The notes below the pieces were generated by a model. The model searched no databases. It was not told the origin of the DNA and worked only from the letters and a program-made list of their open reading frames with translations. A stretch of 64,000 nucleotides of DNA from Eledone cirrhosa (taxonomy: Eukaryota), in contig OZ024742.1 in NCBI GenBank assembly GCA_964016885.1, forward strand, positions 362,700,001 to 362,764,000, given 5' to 3'. Positions 39,144 through 52,695 of the stretch are shown one piece after another. Numbering within the stretch: the stretch's first letter is position 1; every line of letters starts with the position of its first letter. The translations under genes and the position numbers were made by a program.

Positions 39144-39179
39144 TTTTTGAAAAGCATTAGAAATGCGCAACCGGTAAAA
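39144..39179 (+). ncRNA. Degenerate minimal hammerhead in Neptune pLTR
   Basis: ttt-TTGAAAA-gcatt aga aatgc-GCAA-CCGG-TA-aaa: topology intact, core mutated; also at ~14823-14856 and on - near 34503-34538. Confidence 0.35.
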
Positions 39180-39287
39180 CTTAAAACCAAAACTTAATAC
39201 TAACCAATACCATTACTAATTCTCACTTATTCCTAATTAAACTATTTTTCACTGTGGACAATTTGTCAGCATTTTCTATTCCGTTTA

Positions 39288-39343
<56 letters not shown>

Positions 39344-39516
39344 ATTTCCGTAGGAAAGGTAAAGGATAGGAGAGTGCTCTATGTAGGCTACAGAGCTTAA
39401 TTGTTATGTAATAAACAACATAAGACAATTATTTCATTTACCAAGGTTTCACGAAAACAGACGAGCTCGACACAGACGTCTGAAATCGCTCATCAGAATC
39501 ATTTATATATATATAT

Positions 39517-39650
<134 letters not shown>

Positions 39651-40298
39651 CTGTGTGTGTGAGCTTGATGATCTCAGTCGTCGCAATGATCAGTGCTCCT
39701 GCTCTACTATCAACAGAACAATCAGCTTATGATACTTACTTGCACATGGCTGAGCATTCCCCAGTTAGGTCACCTTTAACAAATTAAGTGAGATCCAGTG
39801 TGTGAAATTTTCGTGTCATTGACTCCGAGGTGCAACACATTGCTTTCTGTTCAGTGAATTGAGACAACGAGAAATAAAATGTCTTACACAAAAACACAGA
39901 GAGCGGAGATAATCGAAGACACTAACTTCCAATCCGGAGTCGAACAGACTAACTATTAATCCCATAACTGAGATTAGATTCCAGAGCTGAGCTCAACTAT
40001 CCGTGTGGTTGAAGTTTGATTAGGAATGAGTACTTCTTTGTTCACATCCTCTATATATGCTAGTTACATCAATATAACTTCTTTGGGTACTGTCTATATC
40101 ACTCGATGTTATGATTACTCAGACTCAGGTTAATTCATCTCAAGAGTTCACAGGTTTCTGTCACTCAGCTTTTACGACCGGTTCTACCCTCATCGAGAAA
40201 ATGGACGGTCCTAGGCATTACAGTTGGGTGCATCTAGGATTTTCAGACATAATTTATCTGAGACAACATAACCCACTATGTAGTCGTATATATATATA

Positions 40299-40555
40299 TA
40301 GAATGGAAAACGAAAAATCAGTGATGCATGGGAAATCAATTTATTGTGTGTTACAATTGTTTCCCCGGTGAACATCTCGAGATGCGATCCGTGTGTGGAT
40401 CGACCTGACTCTGAACTTGCAGGTTCCTCGGACACGTCTATTGATTTCGGAGCATATCCTCTTTTTCGTTTTCCATTCTATAATACTCTGCTCCGTAGGA
40501 GAATAGAGTGCTCAACCGGCATACCGCCTATGGAAGCATCTTAGTTACCATTAGA
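40299..40555. mobile_element. Short TA-flanked element with short inverted ends and a CCGAGGA hammerhead motif on - (40348-40435)
   Basis: tagaatggaaaacgaaaaa / tttttcgttttccattcta; minus strand gtgt-CCGAGGA...GAAA-CAATTG-TA-acac. Confidence 0.55.
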
Positions 40556-40556
40556 C

Positions 40557-40680
<124 letters not shown>

Positions 40681-40687
40681 ATATATA

Positions 40688-41077
40688 TTTATTAAAATAA
40701 CAGATTAAAGTTTAAGCAAAGAATCGCTGCTTTCACCCTTAACGGGATCTTCTGAAACTAAAAAACTCAATCTGTGAACGCAGAAGTAAATATTTCAAAA
40801 AACGTTGCAACCGAAGGAAGACAGGAAGACGATACGAACCAAAGTATCGTCTTCCTGTCTTCCTTCAGTTGCAACGTTTTTTGAAATATTTACTTCTGCG
40901 TTCACAGATTGAGTTTTTTAGTTTCAGAAGATCCCGTTAAGGGTGAAAGCAGCGATTCTTTGCTTAAACTTTAATCTGTTATTTTAGTAAATATTTGCTC
41001 TCCGGTTCTTATATATTTGATATATATTTATCCTTATCGAGCCCTCTTTGGATTTTAGTCTTCAAATTTATTATTAT

Positions 41078-41080
<3 letters not shown>
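40688..41080 (+). mobile_element. Fold-back element between (TA)n tracts
   Basis: ~150-bp arms around the loop at ~40836-40843 plus ~85-bp tail; CAGAAGA-tccc gttaa gggt-GAAA degenerate hammerhead. Confidence 0.7.
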
Positions 41081-41115
<35 letters not shown>

Positions 41116-41118
<3 letters not shown>

Positions 41119-41320
41119 AACGAGTAGGAGCCCGACGGCTGAGCTCAAGCCGTTTCGACGGCTAATTCTGGACAGAATTGCGTCCAGAATTAGCCGTTGA
41201 AACGGCTTGAGCTCAGCCGTCGGGGTCCTACTCGTTCCTATTACCCACTCTACTACCCTAAGTATTGAGTACTTTGGTGCGTTATGGTCCACCTGGATCC
41301 TTACCACATTACCTTCGTTA
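41116..41320 (+). mobile_element. Fold-back element between (TA)n tracts (same family as 63838-64000)
   Basis: ~63-bp arms around ~41182 plus tail tattacccactctactaccctaag... Confidence 0.75.
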
Positions 41321-41341
41321 TATATATATATATATATATAT

Positions 41342-42110
41342 ATGAATAAAAAAATAGAGCAAGAAACCAGGATTATCCGTCGTCAGGGATCTTCTGGGCA
41401 TCATCGGTATTTCTTCGCATTAAAGACCAGATACCTCAAGACAGCGCGAACAATAACTAAAATAAGTTATTGGGATAAAAAGAATTGGGTGGAGAAAGAG
41501 AGACATGTAAACAAACAAAAATGGTAGGGCAACGTAAAGAAAGGAAAATGAGAAAACAAGCCAGTGATACATGTGAACTTAAGTTCTAGCAAATCATTGA
41601 CGAGAAGACGAAGGACGCGTCCGAACCCTGCGAAATGTAAGCGAGAAAATGATTTCACACAGGTCAGACTTGAGGAAGTGAGAGAGGGGGAGTAGCAGAG
41701 AGTGAGTGAGTGAAAGTGAGAGAAGAGGCCAGCTGAGAGAGGGTGACCAGTAGAGGTGGTGAATGTAAGTAAAAGGTACAAGGAGAGTTAAGGGGGAGAG
41801 AGATAGAAGATAGCAGGAAGTGAATAGAAAAAGACAGATCACAGCGAGGGGAAAAAATATAGGAATGAAAAATGGCGTTCTGCGTTGTTGCGAATGTGTT
41901 ACATATGAATTTAAAAAATAGAGCAAGAAACCAGGACTATCCGTCATCAGTGATCTTCTGGCCATCATCTGTATTTCTTCGCATTAAAGGCCAGATACCT
42001 CAAGCCAGCGCGAACAATAACTAAAATAAGTTATTGGGATAAAAAGAACTGGGTGAAGAAAGAGAGACATCTAAACAAACAAAAATGGTAAGGCAACTTA
42101 AAGAGAGGAA
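41342..42110 (-). repeat. ~205-bp direct repeats (41342-41550, 41905-42110), probable tandem PLE pLTRs
   Basis: Diverged direct copies flanked by (TA)n; CTGA(C/T)GA-cggata.tcc motif on -. Confidence 0.55.
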
Positions 42111-43659
42111 AAAAAAAATATATATATATGTGTGAGTGTGTGTGTATGTATGTGTGTGTGTGTTTTTGTGTGTGTGTGTGTGTGTGTGTGTAAGAGTCAT
42201 AAAACCTTCTCGTTCGGGGTATGTTAAGTTAGGATCAGGTCTTCATCTCAAAATACCTAAATTGAGCTTTATATATCTTTATTCTACATAACACATTTTA
42301 TATGAATGTGTATATACATCTATTTTGAATCATGCGTTAACGCCCCTGTTGCATAATCTACTATATCCTTTCATTTTAAAATTAAGTGAGGTGCGATTGG
42401 AAAAAGATTTGACTGTTATTTCTAACATGACATGTGGCCACGTAGAGAAACTCTCATTCATGCCTACCTTTACACCAGTTAGTTTAATTAAGTAACTGAG
42501 GCATACTTTCCAATAGACACAGATGTCGGTGAACAAACATAACTTTCAAAAAAACAAAAAATAAAATTCAAAATGTTTAAGAAACTTAAACACGAAACAT
42601 TTTCATTGTAAACTAAATTAGAATCGTGTAATTAAATTTTTATATTAGATAAATATATATTCACGAAATTTAATTTGCATGAAATATAAATATATATTCA
42701 GTCTTCTCACGCTTCATAAATAAGTAGACTGCATACATTTTTATTTTGTTTCATAATCACACATTTTTGTTTGGGTTAACAATTGTTGGCATAGTAAACC
42801 ACATTTCGATGACAGACTACGGTGACAGTTGTATTATTCTAAAAGAGGCTGGCAAACAAATTAAAGTTATATAGATACTGACACATACTTTGCTAAAGCG
42901 TCTTGATAATTTTACAAAGTGACAGGCTGAAGTGTTTGAAGATTCCATTGGCTTTGATGTATCAATGGGAAAAATAATATGAGGCACACAAGAGAAGAAG
43001 GATATTCAATTTTATACTATTCTTTCACAACTTCTCTTTAATTTTTATCTCTTCATCGCTTTAACTATTTTATATTTTCTTTCATCATATATGAGTTGTT
43101 TAACATAGCAAATGAAAGTGGAGAGTTACTATAATTGCAAAGGATTCACCTCGAACTGTTTGGCAGGTGAAACCTGAAATATTTTCTTCAGCAAGTAAAA
43201 ATAAAATTTAAAAAAATGCAAATTTTTGTCTTCTTCAAATATATGTAACCTCGTAAAATCCTAATATTTGTTGACGTGATAAATCTAGCTTAATTCGGTG
43301 ATATATCTGTCAACAGAATGTATGTCAAGTTACAAACTTTAACGGTAGCATAATTGAATCCTGAAACAGAAATTCAAGTTATTGTCATTTTAAATCTTTC
43401 AGCTCAATAGAAGCGTTTATGTGAGCATATACAATGTGTGTAAGTATATTAAACTTAGTTTCATTGTGGGTATTTTAAATTGTGAGCGTGTCACAGCTAA
43501 CTTGTTACATGGGGGCGCCAAATACTAGTATTTGACTATTTGTGACAAAATAAATGTGCGTGCGTGTGCAGCTCACACCTAAGCAGGTTTAGCTGGCCTC
43601 CTCCAAGTTATATCTCCTTGGAGGTGTCTTAGGTAATTTAATGATAGGGACCCCAGTCC

Positions 43660-43810
43660 TATCATCTCATTTCTACAGCTGAGTAAACTGGAGCAACGTG
43701 AAATAAAGTGTCTTGCTCAAGGAAACAACACATCACCAGGTCCGAGAATTGAACTCACAATCTTTCGATTGTAAGCCCAATACTCGAACCTCTAAGCCAT
43801 GCGCCTTCAC
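43660..43810 (-). mobile_element. CORE-type tRNA SINE fragment
   Basis: gagtaaactggagcaacgtgaaataaagtgtcttgctcaagg; B-box-like gagttcaattc on -. Confidence 0.65.
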
Positions 43811-44249
43811 AGACAGAATAAACCATCAGATTATATATTTCTTTCAAATAAAATATTTAGAGAGAGAGCCTCATTTGCACATAGTACTAAACAACAGGGA
43901 GTCCCAATTGTGTGTGTCGTTTAAGAGAGTTTCCTACTGACCAAATATACAAAGGTTTAAATTAAATACATTGATTAAATATCGGATTATATAGGAACGA
44001 TGGGCTGCTAATATTAAACTTGGTAACTTATAAACAGTAGAAAAATCCTCCTCCCCATCCTCCCCCTTCTTCTTCTTCTTCTTCTTCTTCTTCTTCTTCT
44101 TCTTCTTCTTCTTCTTCTTCTTCTTCTTCTTCTTCTTCTTCTTCTTCTTCTTCTCATCATTACGGGGTCGATAAAATATAACGAACTGGGGTCGATTTAA
44201 TCGATTTTCTCCTTCCCCATTGCTGGCCTGGTGCATAATTCAGAAACCA

Positions 44250-44750
44250 ATATTATTATTATTATTATTATTCCTGTCATGGTGCAGAGTCATTAAATAC
44301 TTCTTCCAGCGGGTCCTGTTAGAAGCAACCGACTCCAACTGATCCGGCTGGACCCCTAAGCAAGACCAGCCAAGCTTATAGATGTTATCCAGCTATCTTG
44401 CCTGGGGTCTACCCCTGGGTCTCCTGTCGGCTGGTTTTGCTAGTAAAATCTGTCCAGCAATTCTTTCTTGAGACATTCTAACCACATGACCATAGTATCG
44501 GAGCTGTGATCTCTCAAGTCGGAGAAGAAGCAGCTCTACTTGGAATGACTCTTTGATCTCCGAGCTACGCACTTCATCGAGTCACGTTAATCCAGAATCC
44601 CTTCGGAGGAACCCTATTCCAGCCGCTTGTATTCGGGATCATATTTCCCCGGCCATTATCTATAGGTAAGGATTCTCACGTATACCAAACTAAAGACAGT
44701 GAATTTCCCTTTTAAACCTACCTCACTTCTTCTGATTACCGAAGCCTTGG
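44250..44750 (-). mobile_element. RTE-clade LINE 3' fragment with (TAA)n tail
   Basis: Minus strand encodes SQLRYYGHVVRM...RRPRGRP..RWLDNI. Confidence 0.75.
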
Positions 44751-45364
44751 CAGTAGGTCACTTGAAAGTTTTAAATATTATTTGAAATAGCGTTTTTAAA
44801 TGTTATTTGCATGGGATTTGTTTCATGAGTCATTTTAAATATGTTCGTACTACATTCATATAACGGTCTCCCTTGTGGCTGCTGTCAATATTATTAATGA
44901 TTATCTTATAAAAGGATGAACTGCAAAAAAGGGTCAATATACAGACTCTTCTCACTTAACAAGAATATTGTTTAACGAACATTTACACGTACGACCATCA
45001 ATGTTTCTGTATACATTTATATGTTATGTAGTTTTTACAATTCCTTTCGGGTAAATTTTTATGACATATTTTTGTTTGTTCTTTATGAAAAAAATCCATT
45101 TTTCAACGTTTCCAAATATTTTCTTTTATGTTTTGCGAACTATAAAAAAATATTATATAGAGTTATTGAAAGTGTTTTTATCAGACCTTAATCCAGTTAA
45201 TATAAACTGATACTTGGTAACATTTCAAATACACTAATACTATTAAATAATACTAAAACAAATGTAGAATGTCAGTAATAAATGAGGACGTGGAATGGTA
45301 TGGTCCTCCGTTGATTTCGACGATGAATGTTGCAGTTGTTCGATTAACGTAAAAGTCTGCTCAT

Positions 45365-45795
45365 GTGGTTGAGCCGCTCTCCAACAGGTTCGCGGTCCAA
45401 CAGGTTCGCGGTCGTGCCCTTGGTAGTGGAGACTTCTGGTGCCCTCGGCCCTAGGGTTACCTCCCTATTCATCACCATAGGCGCTGAGCTAGCCAGCCGC
45501 AGGTATAAGCCTCGCGAGTTGGAATGGCTCTTGCAGCGCATCTCCCTTACCATCCTCCGGAGAAACGCCTTCTCCATCCTGTCCGCGGGGGCTGTGGGTA
45601 GGCCAGCACGTGGGACGCCATTTGCTCACCATACGGATTAACCACACTGTTTGCAATTAATAGTATATGTACTGGATTTGATGAACTTGTATACTATGTG
45701 TACTTGTTACCAATTTTCTCATTTCTATAAAGACCCCCTAATGTTGTAATTTAATAGAATATTATATTGTTTGAATCCAAATGAAAATAAAAATT
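45365..45795 (+). mobile_element. CRE-clade non-LTR retrotransposon 3' fragment (restriction-like endonuclease C-terminus)
   Basis: PLVVETSGALGP...LEWLLQRISLTILRRNAFSIL. Confidence 0.7.
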
Positions 45796-47699
45796 ACATG
45801 TCTAATGACTCCATTTATATTACAGAGATAACTGCATACTTAAGCTAATGCTCAGGGAGACTCAGCAAAACGCAGTGCCTGATACGAGTAACCCTTTCAT
45901 TTGCAAGGCATGCGTCCATTCGAGGCTATGGTAAAGAACATTTCCACAAAGTGTCACACACAGTGATCGAACCCGAGGCTTAAACGATTGTGAAACAAAC
46001 TTGTAAACTACACGCTCTTTCTTGTTCTCTTCGGGATACATGTATGTATAGGCCCTTAACTCATGATGGATCTGTTGGTGCACTGTAGGGATATACAGCG
46101 TGTCTTGGGCATTTGCTTTCAAATTTTGTGAACCCGTTCTCTCCCCAGGTCAGAATAAAGGTGATTTCTTCCAGAGAAAATAAAGGGGTACGAGTGATAC
46201 GGTAGAAGTAAGAATGGAATACAGAGGAAGAATTGACCCAGTACTGGACATATACCTTTCCTTATTAACTTCGATAGTTTGAAAGACAAATTTGATATCG
46301 GCAGGTTTTGAAATCAGAAATGGGGAAACGGATACCGCACCTTAGTCTATCTGACGTTCGAATGACACTATAGAATCGCCGCCAACGGGGGATGGTACAA
46401 CCGGAAGGGGGTTTTATTATCGGTCTAATTGATCAGAAATGAATTAGGCTTAAACAAAAATAACAACAACAGGAACATTGTAGAATTGTTGGAGAGTTGT
46501 TTTCTTCTCTTTAGTAAATCTATCATTCATGTAGGCCCCAGTGGGGTTTAGTTGCGAAATACAGATACCAGGAACAAAAATCACATCTCCTCTGACACTC
46601 TATCAATTACAACAGTCCACAGTCCTGGGATGCTACTGTATTCCATCTATTAACACCAAATGTGACATTAACGTGATTTAATTCAGATTGTAAATAACAC
46701 CAATGTTCTCTAATTCAGTGAAAAGGCCAGGGCTTTGGGCAGAAGGGATTCTAGATTAAACTGATCTCAGAGCCTGAAGGGATAATGTTGAACTCGGCCA
46801 GATTTGAACTCAGAACCCCAATAATCAGAATAAATCCCGTTAAAACTTTGTTTCTAATTTCGACACCTGCTATTTGGAGTGGATGGAATTTAGAGTAAAT
46901 GAGCACGAATGCTCGATGAAAGGTAAAGATCACCTCAGCAAGATTTGAACTCAGAAAACTGGCACAAATACTGTGGAACTACAACTAAGCTGAGATTGTT
47001 AACCCCATCATGGCGGTAGAAACAACTGCTTGAAGGTTTGATTGAAATATCTACTCCAAGAATTGTATTGCGACTTGACTGAGCAACCATTTTTCATCAC
47101 CACATGCACTGTTGATGTTTAGCGGATAAATTTTCAGACTGGCCGATCATCTGACATGAAACCACATGCGTTAGTGTGACATCGGTCATAATAAACTCCA
47201 ACTCATGTGGAAAATGTATCTAGATGGATTTCGTACATGGCTAGAAAGAAAGACAAGCACACCATTATATGGCTTCAATAACCCACATAATATGTCATAT
47301 GTTCTCAGTTCAGTTGCAACAATAACATAATATGTCATATGTTCTCAGTTCAGTGAATGTACAGAGTTATTGATTGGGAATAAGTTTTTGATTGCTTTTA
47401 CAAAACTACTGAATATAGCTGTGAAGACACATGGCTCAGTGGTTAGTGTGTTTGGCTTATCATTGTAGAGTCAACAGTAGGACTTCTGGCGGCGCTCTCT
47501 GGCTTTCAAAACGATTCTTCATTTCACATTTCACAAGTAATTTTTACACGACGCTGCCTAATTGTCTGAAAGATGTGTGGTAAAGTTTCTATCATATTCT
47601 GCGGCACATTAGGCGCACGTGTTTTAGTGTAGCATTTGGTTGACCCAAAGTTCGTGCAGTATTGCGCCAGCTTCAGCATTCGATAATTTATAAAAATGT

Positions 47700-48120
47700 A
47701 GTTAGGCGTAAAAGCCAAACTCGTTATCTTCAATTCGGGATTCGTTTTAACCCTTGAATCTAGGGCAATGACTGAAATAATACAATCGCGAATACAAGCC
47801 GCAGAAATCGGGTTCTTCCGAAGGGTTTTGGAGTAACGTTACTTGACAAAGTGCGTAACTCAGAGATCAGAGAGTCACTCCAGGTAGAGCGGCTATTTCC
47901 CCGAATTGAGAAATCACAGCTCTCATACTATGGGCGTGTCGTTACAGAATCACTGGACAGATTTGACGGGCAAACCCAACCGACAGGAGATCCGGGGCGC
48001 AGGCCCCGAGTAAGATGGTTGGATAGCATCCATGAGCTTGGCTGACCACGCTTGCCGAAGAAGAAGAAGAAGAAGAAGAAGAAGAAGAAGAAGAAGAAGA
48101 AGAAGAAGAAGAAGAAGAAG
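47700..48120 (+). mobile_element. RTE-clade LINE fragment followed by (AAG)n
   Basis: IQAAEIGF..., DKVRNSEIRESL..IEKSQL.YYGRV, GRRPRVRWLD. Confidence 0.7.
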
Positions 48121-49370
48121 AAACCTTGTGAGTGAAAGTGGGTGGAAGAAATATCCATGTGGAAGCTGGATAAATTGCTTCTGTAATTGAGGTAAGGCGG
48201 ACATGTTCTAGATTACTAAACTGATTTAATGAAATACATTAATATGAAAAGTCTGAGAGGAATGTTGAGTGAGTTAAATCTAGGATGCGACACTGTCTCC
48301 GAAGAACCGAGTATTATGTTAAATCCTAGAATGTTTCATGTACAAATTTCTGTCGACTACTGAGACAATTAAGTATGAAACTAAATGAGCTGATAGTTCT
48401 ATTAATTGAACAACTGACATAGAGAGTCGCTAGACTAACGGGTAATCCATTATAGGAGATATTTTGTTGGCGTAGGTGGGGATGACTGTCTACTTGAGGA
48501 TGTGTGTGTGAGAGAGAGAGAGAGAACGAAAGAGAGAACGAGAGTAACAGAGAAAGAGAGTGAGACACAGTATGAGACAGAGAATGAGAGAGAGAGAGAG
48601 AAAGGGGAAGAGAGAGAACAAGAGAGTGAGAGTGACAGAGAATGAAAGAGAGAGCCAGAGAGAGACAGAGAGACATGTGTATGTATGTAGTCTCATACAC
48701 ACGAGTTGTCAACTTAGTGGACATTCTATTAAAGTATTCTGTTGTTCCTATTACTTAATCGAGACATAATCTCTCCACAATACTGGAATGAAAGAATTTC
48801 GTAATTCAGCAACACTTTTCTTACCATTATAAATTACATTGATAGAGTCTACATTCCCAATTCTATTATTTACTATTCTGGTATAATGTCAGCACGGGTT
48901 TATCAGAAGCTTTGGGTAGTTTACACAGGACACAACAGAGATAAGATGAAAGTGAATGACACAACGCAATAAAACAATCGATTCTGATTTTAAGCACAAG
49001 GCAAACAATTTAAGGGGAGGGGGAAGTCGATTAAATCTACTCCAGTGTATTACTGGTGACTTATTTTATCGACCTCGTAAGGATGCAAAGCTAACTTCGG
49101 CGGGATTTGAACACAGACGGTACAATGATATCTGTATATTAAAATACAACATAGTGACTCCCAGAGACCCATGTATTGTTTCTTCCGTTCAAAGTCAACG
49201 TTTTCTCAATTCACCCCTCAATTTCTATTGCCATCTAGTAAAGTTTCACCCAGTTATCATTTGACAAAAGCAATCTTTTCAGTCATCAATTGCTTCTACT
49301 GAAATGTTCAGTATTCATGTACCATGTAATATTTAAATACCAAATTACTTGGCACATTAATACAGAAACA

Positions 49371-49758
49371 TCTATGTATATAAAAGCAAGTCGGCCTGTG
49401 TGTGTGACCTGTCTGTGTACAAATACTAGGCTCATTTTAACTTTTGAAGTACTAGGCCGATTTCAACCAAATTTGGCACACGTATTGCTTATATGCCAGA
49501 GGAGGTATTGGACAAAAACAAATTTAAAAAAAAAATCGATTTTGTGAGTGTATCTGTCTGTGTCCAAATACTAGGCTCCTTTTAACTTTTGAAGTACTAG
49601 GCCGATTTGGCACGTGCTATTGAGGCGACCTCTCATTGGCTAGCCAATTAGCTGACATGAGCTGACATGCACTCAGAAATTGCTAGCTAAGCCATAAACG
49701 ACCTTGAACAATTCAGGCTGTCATTCATTTCCCGAGCAACGATGGGTACATCTGCTAG
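49371..49758 (+). mobile_element. Non-autonomous Helitron
   Basis: a|TCtatgtatataaaa 5' end; subterminal imperfect hairpin cccgagcaacgatggg; 3' CTAG|t (A/T target); internal ~35-bp duplication. Confidence 0.75.
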
Positions 49759-50002
49759 TTCTAAATAACCAGAATGTCAGTCATTGCATATCTCAAACCC
49801 TATTTCCTTATAACACTTGAATTGTAAAGAAACCCCTAACACTTTAATGTTTTCACTATCATGTTACTTTTTCCACGATTAATTTTATAATGATTTGACT
49901 AATTGATCTTAATTAATTCTAATTAATTCCTTCATTGAGCAAAACTAGTAATAGTTGGATACACTTATATATATGTCTATATATATATACATATATATAT
50001 AT

Positions 50003-50070
<68 letters not shown>

Positions 50071-50090
50071 ATTACTATTATTACTATATA

Positions 50091-50145
<55 letters not shown>

Positions 50146-50529
50146 ATCTTCATTTGTTCTATACTCCCTTACAATTGAGTAAAATATTAGTCTGAAACGG
50201 ACTGCTCTTTCTAGCAGCCTTGTCACTTGCCATTGTCCAACTGCTGCTACCCTTCTGTTGGCCGTCTACCACGTAATACCTTTCCAATTTGAAATTACTA
50301 CTCCTAAAGGATCACTTGATATAATCTTTTCTCGGATTGCGAAGTTCCCTGACAATCTGAGATGTCAGAGGAATATGCTAAATATTTGGAATATCCAAAT
50401 CTGTTATAGCACAGCAAAATAGCAAGACAGGACGTCGAAACATGCTGGTAAACTTCTATTTTATCTTTTTGGGTCCCACCACCATATATATATATATATA
50501 TTTATATATGCATATATATATATATAGAG

Positions 50530-50750
50530 AGATTACAGTAATCAAAGTTCAGTTTAAGTCATTTATTTGCTTACAATTGTTTCCTCCAAACCGAGGTTTG
50601 GATTCTTCGGAGCAACTATTTATAACATACTTGACCTCCTTTTCAACCCAAGAGACACATAAAACATATGCGCATATTGATCAACAGTGGGGTGACATTC
50701 ATCAAATGAAACAGCATGGCAATTTACATATAAAGTGTTACATGATAAAA

Positions 50751-50788
<38 letters not shown>

Positions 50789-50823
50789 ATTATTATATAC
50801 ATAACCATAAATAGTATCCTTAA

Positions 50824-50865
<42 letters not shown>

Positions 50866-50915
50866 TTAAGGATACTATTTATGGTTATGTATATAATAAA
50901 ACCTTTTATAGTTAT
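50530..50915. mobile_element. pLTR pieces of the 52.9-58 kb Naiad-like family, including two termini facing each other across (TA)n
   Basis: CCGAAGA hammerhead on - at 50567-50615; aaatagtatccttaatacta(TA)n tagtattaaggatactattt palindrome at ~50800-50890. Confidence 0.75.
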
Positions 50916-51371
50916 ATATATATTTGTACATCTGCTGATGATGAATTCCAACCGTGACCATCTCCACTGACAGTTTTCATGAAATAGTCTTTAAGACTAT
51001 ACAGAGCATTTGATGTTTTTCCAAATTGAGGGATAAGTATTTTAAACTTTATTTTATCATGAGTTAAGGGTCTATTGATTTTTCCCTGGATTTCACTAAA
51101 TTCTGTGGATGAATTTGTATCCTGATTCTCTTTTGAGATGAGTTTGAATTTTTTTTCCTACATCTTACGTTAACTATTTTTCCCATCTTGACGACATAGT
51201 CGCATATATGTTATGAAATACTGTTAGCTTCTCGCTAAAACAATTTCTATACCTTTCATTTATATTTATATATATATATGTATGTAAAAGGTAACCAGAA
51301 ACAACAACACAATCGGTACAGTATATGGAAGGAATATATTAGTTTAACACTTGATATAGCAGGTAGAGGGA

Positions 51372-51405
51372 CTTGTCATTTCGGATGGTAGTCCTTCATC
51401 AGAAG
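51372..51405 (-). ncRNA. Degenerate minimal hammerhead in a TA-flanked PLE remnant (~51285-51580)
   Basis: ctt-CTGATGA-agga ctacca tcc-GAAA-tgac-aag. Confidence 0.4.
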
Positions 51406-51578
51406 AAAGAATGAGAAATAAAATAGATTGAGGGGATTCGCGGGTTGGAATCGGAAAAAAATGTCTTTACATAAAAATAGTAGGTCCATTCATGTTGACA
51501 TCTCTTGCAAATCTATAGGTGGTGGCGTTTTGTTTATGATTTATCATTTTAGAAAAGTGGATGATGGAGCGTGTCTGC

Positions 51579-51638
<60 letters not shown>

Positions 51639-51715
51639 TCAATGATATTAAATAAATGGAAACTATATTTATAAAACCATATTTATTCTATTATATATAT
51701 TTCATATCCCTTTTG

Positions 51716-51771
<56 letters not shown>

Positions 51772-51789
51772 ACAAAAGTTTATATGGTT

Positions 51790-52112
51790 CGTTGATTATT
51801 CAACAAATTCATTTTTACAACAGATTAGAAGCACTCGACAAGTATTAATCGGGAGTATCCTTAATATTCAAAATGTTAATAAATGAGAAATAATTTCATA
51901 TAACCAAAGTATATATTTTATTATATATATTTGAAGGGTACAGTAGGTTTTGAGTACGCTTTCGTCAGATAAAACACAAGAAATTGGTTATTCGACATAC
52001 CGCTATGGTCTTTATCTTTCGATCCCGTACTGAAAAACCACTGTAGCCTTGAAATATATATAATAAAATATATACTTTGGTTATGTGAAAGTATTTATCA
52101 TTTATTAATATT

Positions 52113-52120
<8 letters not shown>
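51790..52120 (-). mobile_element. Diverged fold-back element between (TA)n tracts
   Basis: ~51865-51960 inverted to ~52026-52120; tail similar to 11450-11510. Confidence 0.55.
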
Positions 52121-52180
<60 letters not shown>

Positions 52181-52634
52181 TGAAAGAGAAAGGGAGAGAG
52201 ATGCCAAATACGCATTTGTGCTCTACACTGAAGCCGAAATCGCTTCATGCTGTGGTTGGGATTTTCCAATATACATTATTATTTCCCAATTTGGATTGAT
52301 CCATGACCGACAATCTTCCCTTGGTTACAATTCCCCACTTCGATGCCAAGTGCCTCCAATTTGAGAATCTCTACCCTGCCCTGTAGCATGTTTCATGTGC
52401 TCAACGGTCAAAACCGTTTTCATGTGGTTGTCAATAGAAGCTTTTAACAACATGACCAGGCATACCTCGATTAAATTTGTTACAATTCAAGATAATTTAT
52501 AGTCTCTCATTTTTTTTATTATTAGCTGACAATGTCTTTCCTCAAGCTTGTGATATTGGATATTTCAGGATGGAGAGAAAGGCAGAGAAAAAAGGAGAGA
52601 GAGAGATAGTGTGTACTCGTGCGCGCGCGCGCGC

Positions 52635-52695
<61 letters not shown>

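Larger units (their letters stand above)
34150..39506 (+). mobile_element. Neptune-like Penelope element bracketed by ~1.1-kb inverted repeats
   Basis: 34150-35277 is the reverse complement of 38388-39506; RT-GIY-YIG pseudogene lies between. Confidence 0.88.

Noticed and set aside
43150-43180. Candidate 24-nt minus-strand micro-exon (cag|GTTTCACC...TCGAG|gtgaat)
   Set aside because: Peptide VSPAKQFE does not match an expected nAChR segment, and such splice-like pairs arise by chance.
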